Origin: an uncultured Nitrososphaerota archaeon
Lineage (GTDB): Archaea; Thermoproteota; Nitrososphaeria; Nitrososphaerales; Nitrosopumilaceae
NCBI GenBank assembly: GCA_963824385.1
Contig: CAWGPD010000003.1
Coordinates: forward strand, 259,976-323,975
Length of the DNA: 64,000 bases
Reading direction: 5' to 3'
The notes beneath the pieces were generated by a model that searched no databases, was not told the DNA's origin, and saw nothing but the letters and a program-made list of their open reading frames with translations. Both the position numbers and the translations under genes were made by a program. Shown piece by piece: positions 61,566-64,000 of this stretch (its first letter is position 1; each line of letters starts with the position of its first letter).

Positions 61566-62534
61566 TCACGCCAATTCTGACCTTGTTTTTTTATCAGGAA
61601 CTTGAATGTCTAAGAGCTCTCGTAATCCTTTGTACCTGTTTCGTATAGTTACTTCTGTTACTCCTGCTGCAATTGCAATTACCTTTTGAGTCGTACTGTC
61701 TCCATGTATTGCACAAGACAAATACAGTGCTGCAGCAGCAAGGCCCATTGGATCCTTTCCTGCTGAGATCTCTTTCTCATTTGCTTGTTCTAGAATCTTG
61801 AGTGCTTCTCGTTTTACTTTCTCGCTAAGACCTGACTCACTTGCAATTCTTGACATGCATTTTATTGGATCTAATACTGGCATAGTCATGTCAAGCTCTT
61901 GTAATAATAATCTGTAACATCTTGAGACATCTTTCTTTTTCACATTGATTCTCCTTGCTACCTCGTTTAATGTTCTAGGAGTGCCAGTTTCTCTACATGA
62001 TAAATATAATGCAGCTGCAATTAATCCGGGAATTGATCTGCCTTTTGCTAATCCTTTTTCTAAGGCTTTTCTGTAAATGTATGCAGTCTTTTCAACTACT
62101 GCATCTGATAAAGCAAGTTTGTCTTTTAGTCTGCTAAGCTCACTAAATGCCTGTCTGCAATTTCTTTCAGTTGCCTCATGAACTTGGCTTCTACTATCCC
62201 ATGTTCTAAGACGAGTGATTGTATTTTTCATTGATGCTGATAATGGTTTTCCAGTGGAATCCTTATTTGCCTGTCCAATTACTGTTGCAAGACCCATATC
62301 GTGCATTGCAAGGGATGTTGGAACACCAGTTCTTGCCCTGTCCTCAAATTGTTCTTTTGAAAATGATTGTCTCTCCGGACCCAAATCATTTACAATCTCA
62401 TTTACTACGAATCCACATCCTCCACAAAATCGCTCACCTGTAGTTCCATCTGTTAACATCTTGGCCTTTCCACATCTACCACATCGTGCGTCCATTTCAG
62501 AGCCTTGTACTACCATAAATAACACACCTATCAA
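61566..62534 (-). CDS. tfb: Transcription initiation factor IIB paralogue
   Basis: CGRC..CGGC Zn ribbon, HDMGLAT, GKDPMGLAAAALY, GVTEVTIRNRY. Confidence 0.95.
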   Translation of the reverse strand: MIGVLFMVVQGSEMDARCGRCGKAKMLTDGTTGERFCGGCGFVVNEIVNDLGPERQSFSKEQFEDRARTGVPTSLAMHDMGLATVIGQANKDSTGKPLSASMKNTITRLRTWDSRSQVHEATERNCRQAFSELSRLKDKLALSDAVVEKTAYIYRKALEKGLAKGRSIPGLIAAALYLSCRETGTPRTLNEVARRINVKKKDVSRCYRLLLQELDMTMPVLDPIKCMSRIASESGLSEKVKREALKILEQANEKEISAGKDPMGLAAAALYLSCAIHGDSTTQKVIAIAAGVTEVTIRNRYKGLRELLDIQVPDKKTRSELA

Positions 62535-62616
62535 GTCGTTATCCCATAATAACCCAACTATTTTTACAATAAATTCCTGAAAATCCTTCTATTTGTCCTG
62601 AAAGTTTGAATTGTGA

Positions 62617-63192
62617 CTAGGCGTAAAGAAATTCTGATGGGACTATCCATGTCTCTTGAAAGTCTAGGTTCTTATCCACTAGAAGTATCCCAAGTTTGTA
62701 TTTTTTTGCCATGTCTATAATAAAATCTGAAAGTGTACCTTTTTGTAAAATGGACGGTAATTCCAAAATATCTGTAGCCAGGAGCACTCGCGTACTGGGC
62801 ATCTCTTTTTTTACACTAAAAACGTCTTTTTGAATTTCTAATATTGATTGTCTGGTAATTTCAGGCTGAATAAGAACAACAATGACTCTTTTTTCTTTTC
62901 TTGCCACTAAATCAAATCTATACTGAGGATCAAAATCTGAGTATGCTGTATCATATTTTACATGCCATTGCATGTCCATCAAATAATCTGCTACTATGTC
63001 CTGTATCATGCCAAGTTCAAGTAAATCTCTAGTTAATTCTACTCTTTTGTGTGCCCTTAGTAATGATTTGAAATAGTTATCAATTACTTGTTTGGAATAT
63101 TTTGATATTTTTTCTTTCATGAAAATTGAATTGAGAAGAGTCTTGATCTCCGAATATTTACTAAATGGATCTGGCTCTCTATCTTCCAACAA
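62617..63192 (-). CDS. Hypothetical protein, possible degenerate PD-(D/E)xK fold
   Basis: RFDLVARK...IVVLIQ and closing LAKKYKLGILLV-like strand pattern. Confidence 0.5.
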   Translation of the reverse strand: MLEDREPDPFSKYSEIKTLLNSIFMKEKISKYSKQVIDNYFKSLLRAHKRVELTRDLLELGMIQDIVADYLMDMQWHVKYDTAYSDFDPQYRFDLVARKEKRVIVVLIQPEITRQSILEIQKDVFSVKKEMPSTRVLLATDILELPSILQKGTLSDFIIDMAKKYKLGILLVDKNLDFQETWIVPSEFLYA

Positions 63193-63304
63193 GATCCCTG
63201 CGAATATCTAGTAAATAATCGCTCGTAACCAATTCTGCTTCTATTTTGGGCAAAAAGATAGAACGAGTAGTTTGAGAGATAAGGTATTAATCATAAAAGA
63301 CAAT

Positions 63305-64000
63305 ATGATTAGTGTGGATTTTATACAAAAAAGCGAGCCTGATGTTTCAAAACCTCTCTTAATTGCAGCCATGCAAGATATGGGTGATGTCGGGAGTATT
63401 GTTGTTGATTTTATTAATTCAAATCTAAACACATCGATATTTCGTGAAGTACAACCATCGTATCCTGCATATGTAATTGATAATGGAGGATACATTGACA
63501 TTCCAGAAGAAAAATGGGATTATAGATATGCAAAAGACATCATTGTATTTGGAGGAGGTTCTGGCCAACCGTCTTCTACAGAAGAGCTTAATGTATTATG
63601 TCAAGATGTCATAAATGTGGCAAAAAAATATTCTACAAGATTAATCTATACATTGGGTGGTTTTCATACTCAAAAACCAATTGATGGAGAGCCCAAAACA
63701 TTTGTCACTACGACATCTAAAGATTTGACAGATCAAGTGCGAAAACTTGGAATACTGACGACTCCCGAGGCTTCTATTATTACGGGATTTAATGGATTAA
63801 TACTTGGATTTGCAAAGATGAATGGAATACAAGGAATTGGTTTGTATGCTGAATTAAATGAACCAAAACTTCCCCAGTATCGTTCTGCAAAGAGTATACT
63901 TAAGACACTTGAAAAGATGACTTATCGAAAGTTTGGTGATACCTCTGATCTTGACTCTATGGCTCAAGATGTAGAGTCACGTACTCGTGGAAAACGCTTT
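63305..64000 (+). CDS. PAC2-family (proteasome assembly chaperone-like) protein, 3' truncated by window
   Basis: Translated by hand: KPLLIAAMQDMGDVGSIV, GGGSGQP, IYTLGGF, ITGFNGLILG, GIGLYAE; open to the window end. Confidence 0.88.
   Translation, partial: MISVDFIQKSEPDVSKPLLIAAMQDMGDVGSIVVDFINSNLNTSIFREVQPSYPAYVIDNGGYIDIPEEKWDYRYAKDIIVFGGGSGQPSSTEELNVLCQDVINVAKKYSTRLIYTLGGFHTQKPIDGEPKTFVTTTSKDLTDQVRKLGILTTPEASIITGFNGLILGFAKMNGIQGIGLYAELNEPKLPQYRSAKSILKTLEKMTYRKFGDTSDLDSMAQDVESRTRGKRF

Overview
Chromosomal window from an ammonia-oxidising archaeon (Thaumarchaeota/Nitrososphaeria; Nitrosopumilales or Nitrosotalea-like, genus not determinable by eye). The left two thirds is core metabolism: gdhA, a 3HP/4HB-cycle pair (3-hydroxypropionyl-CoA synthetase and dehydratase), dnaG-ribK-ribL-dph5, a LysW-dependent lysine/arginine cluster with two LysW and two LysX paralogues, a sulfonate/nitrate-type ABC transporter, metF with split metH, rpl39e/31e/15e, a divergent FtsZ, mtaB, fumC/aspA, nirK and truD. 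The right third is more accessory: a tubulin of eukaryotic type (artubulin-like) coupled to an uncharacterised partner gene, TPR and SHOCT genes, a decayed PPK2, NhaP, PepN, two TFB paralogues, MarR and wHTH regulators, cdc48 and a PAC2 gene. Highlights are (1) the artubulin and partner operon, (2) an identical 24-bp palindromic operator at 2014 and 57024, the latter on the MarR start codon, (3) a ~1.1-kb segment bounded by direct repeats and dif-like inverted repeats carrying a DUF922-like zincin, (4) a LysW ending EDWGQ instead of EDWGE, and (5) three ~31-bp-phased Lrp/LysM boxes. More than ten genes carry single-base frameshifts, most simply explained by uncorrected assembly errors. I saw no tRNA, rRNA, CRISPR array, transposase or integrase. 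All calls are by-eye motif recognition; no searches were run.
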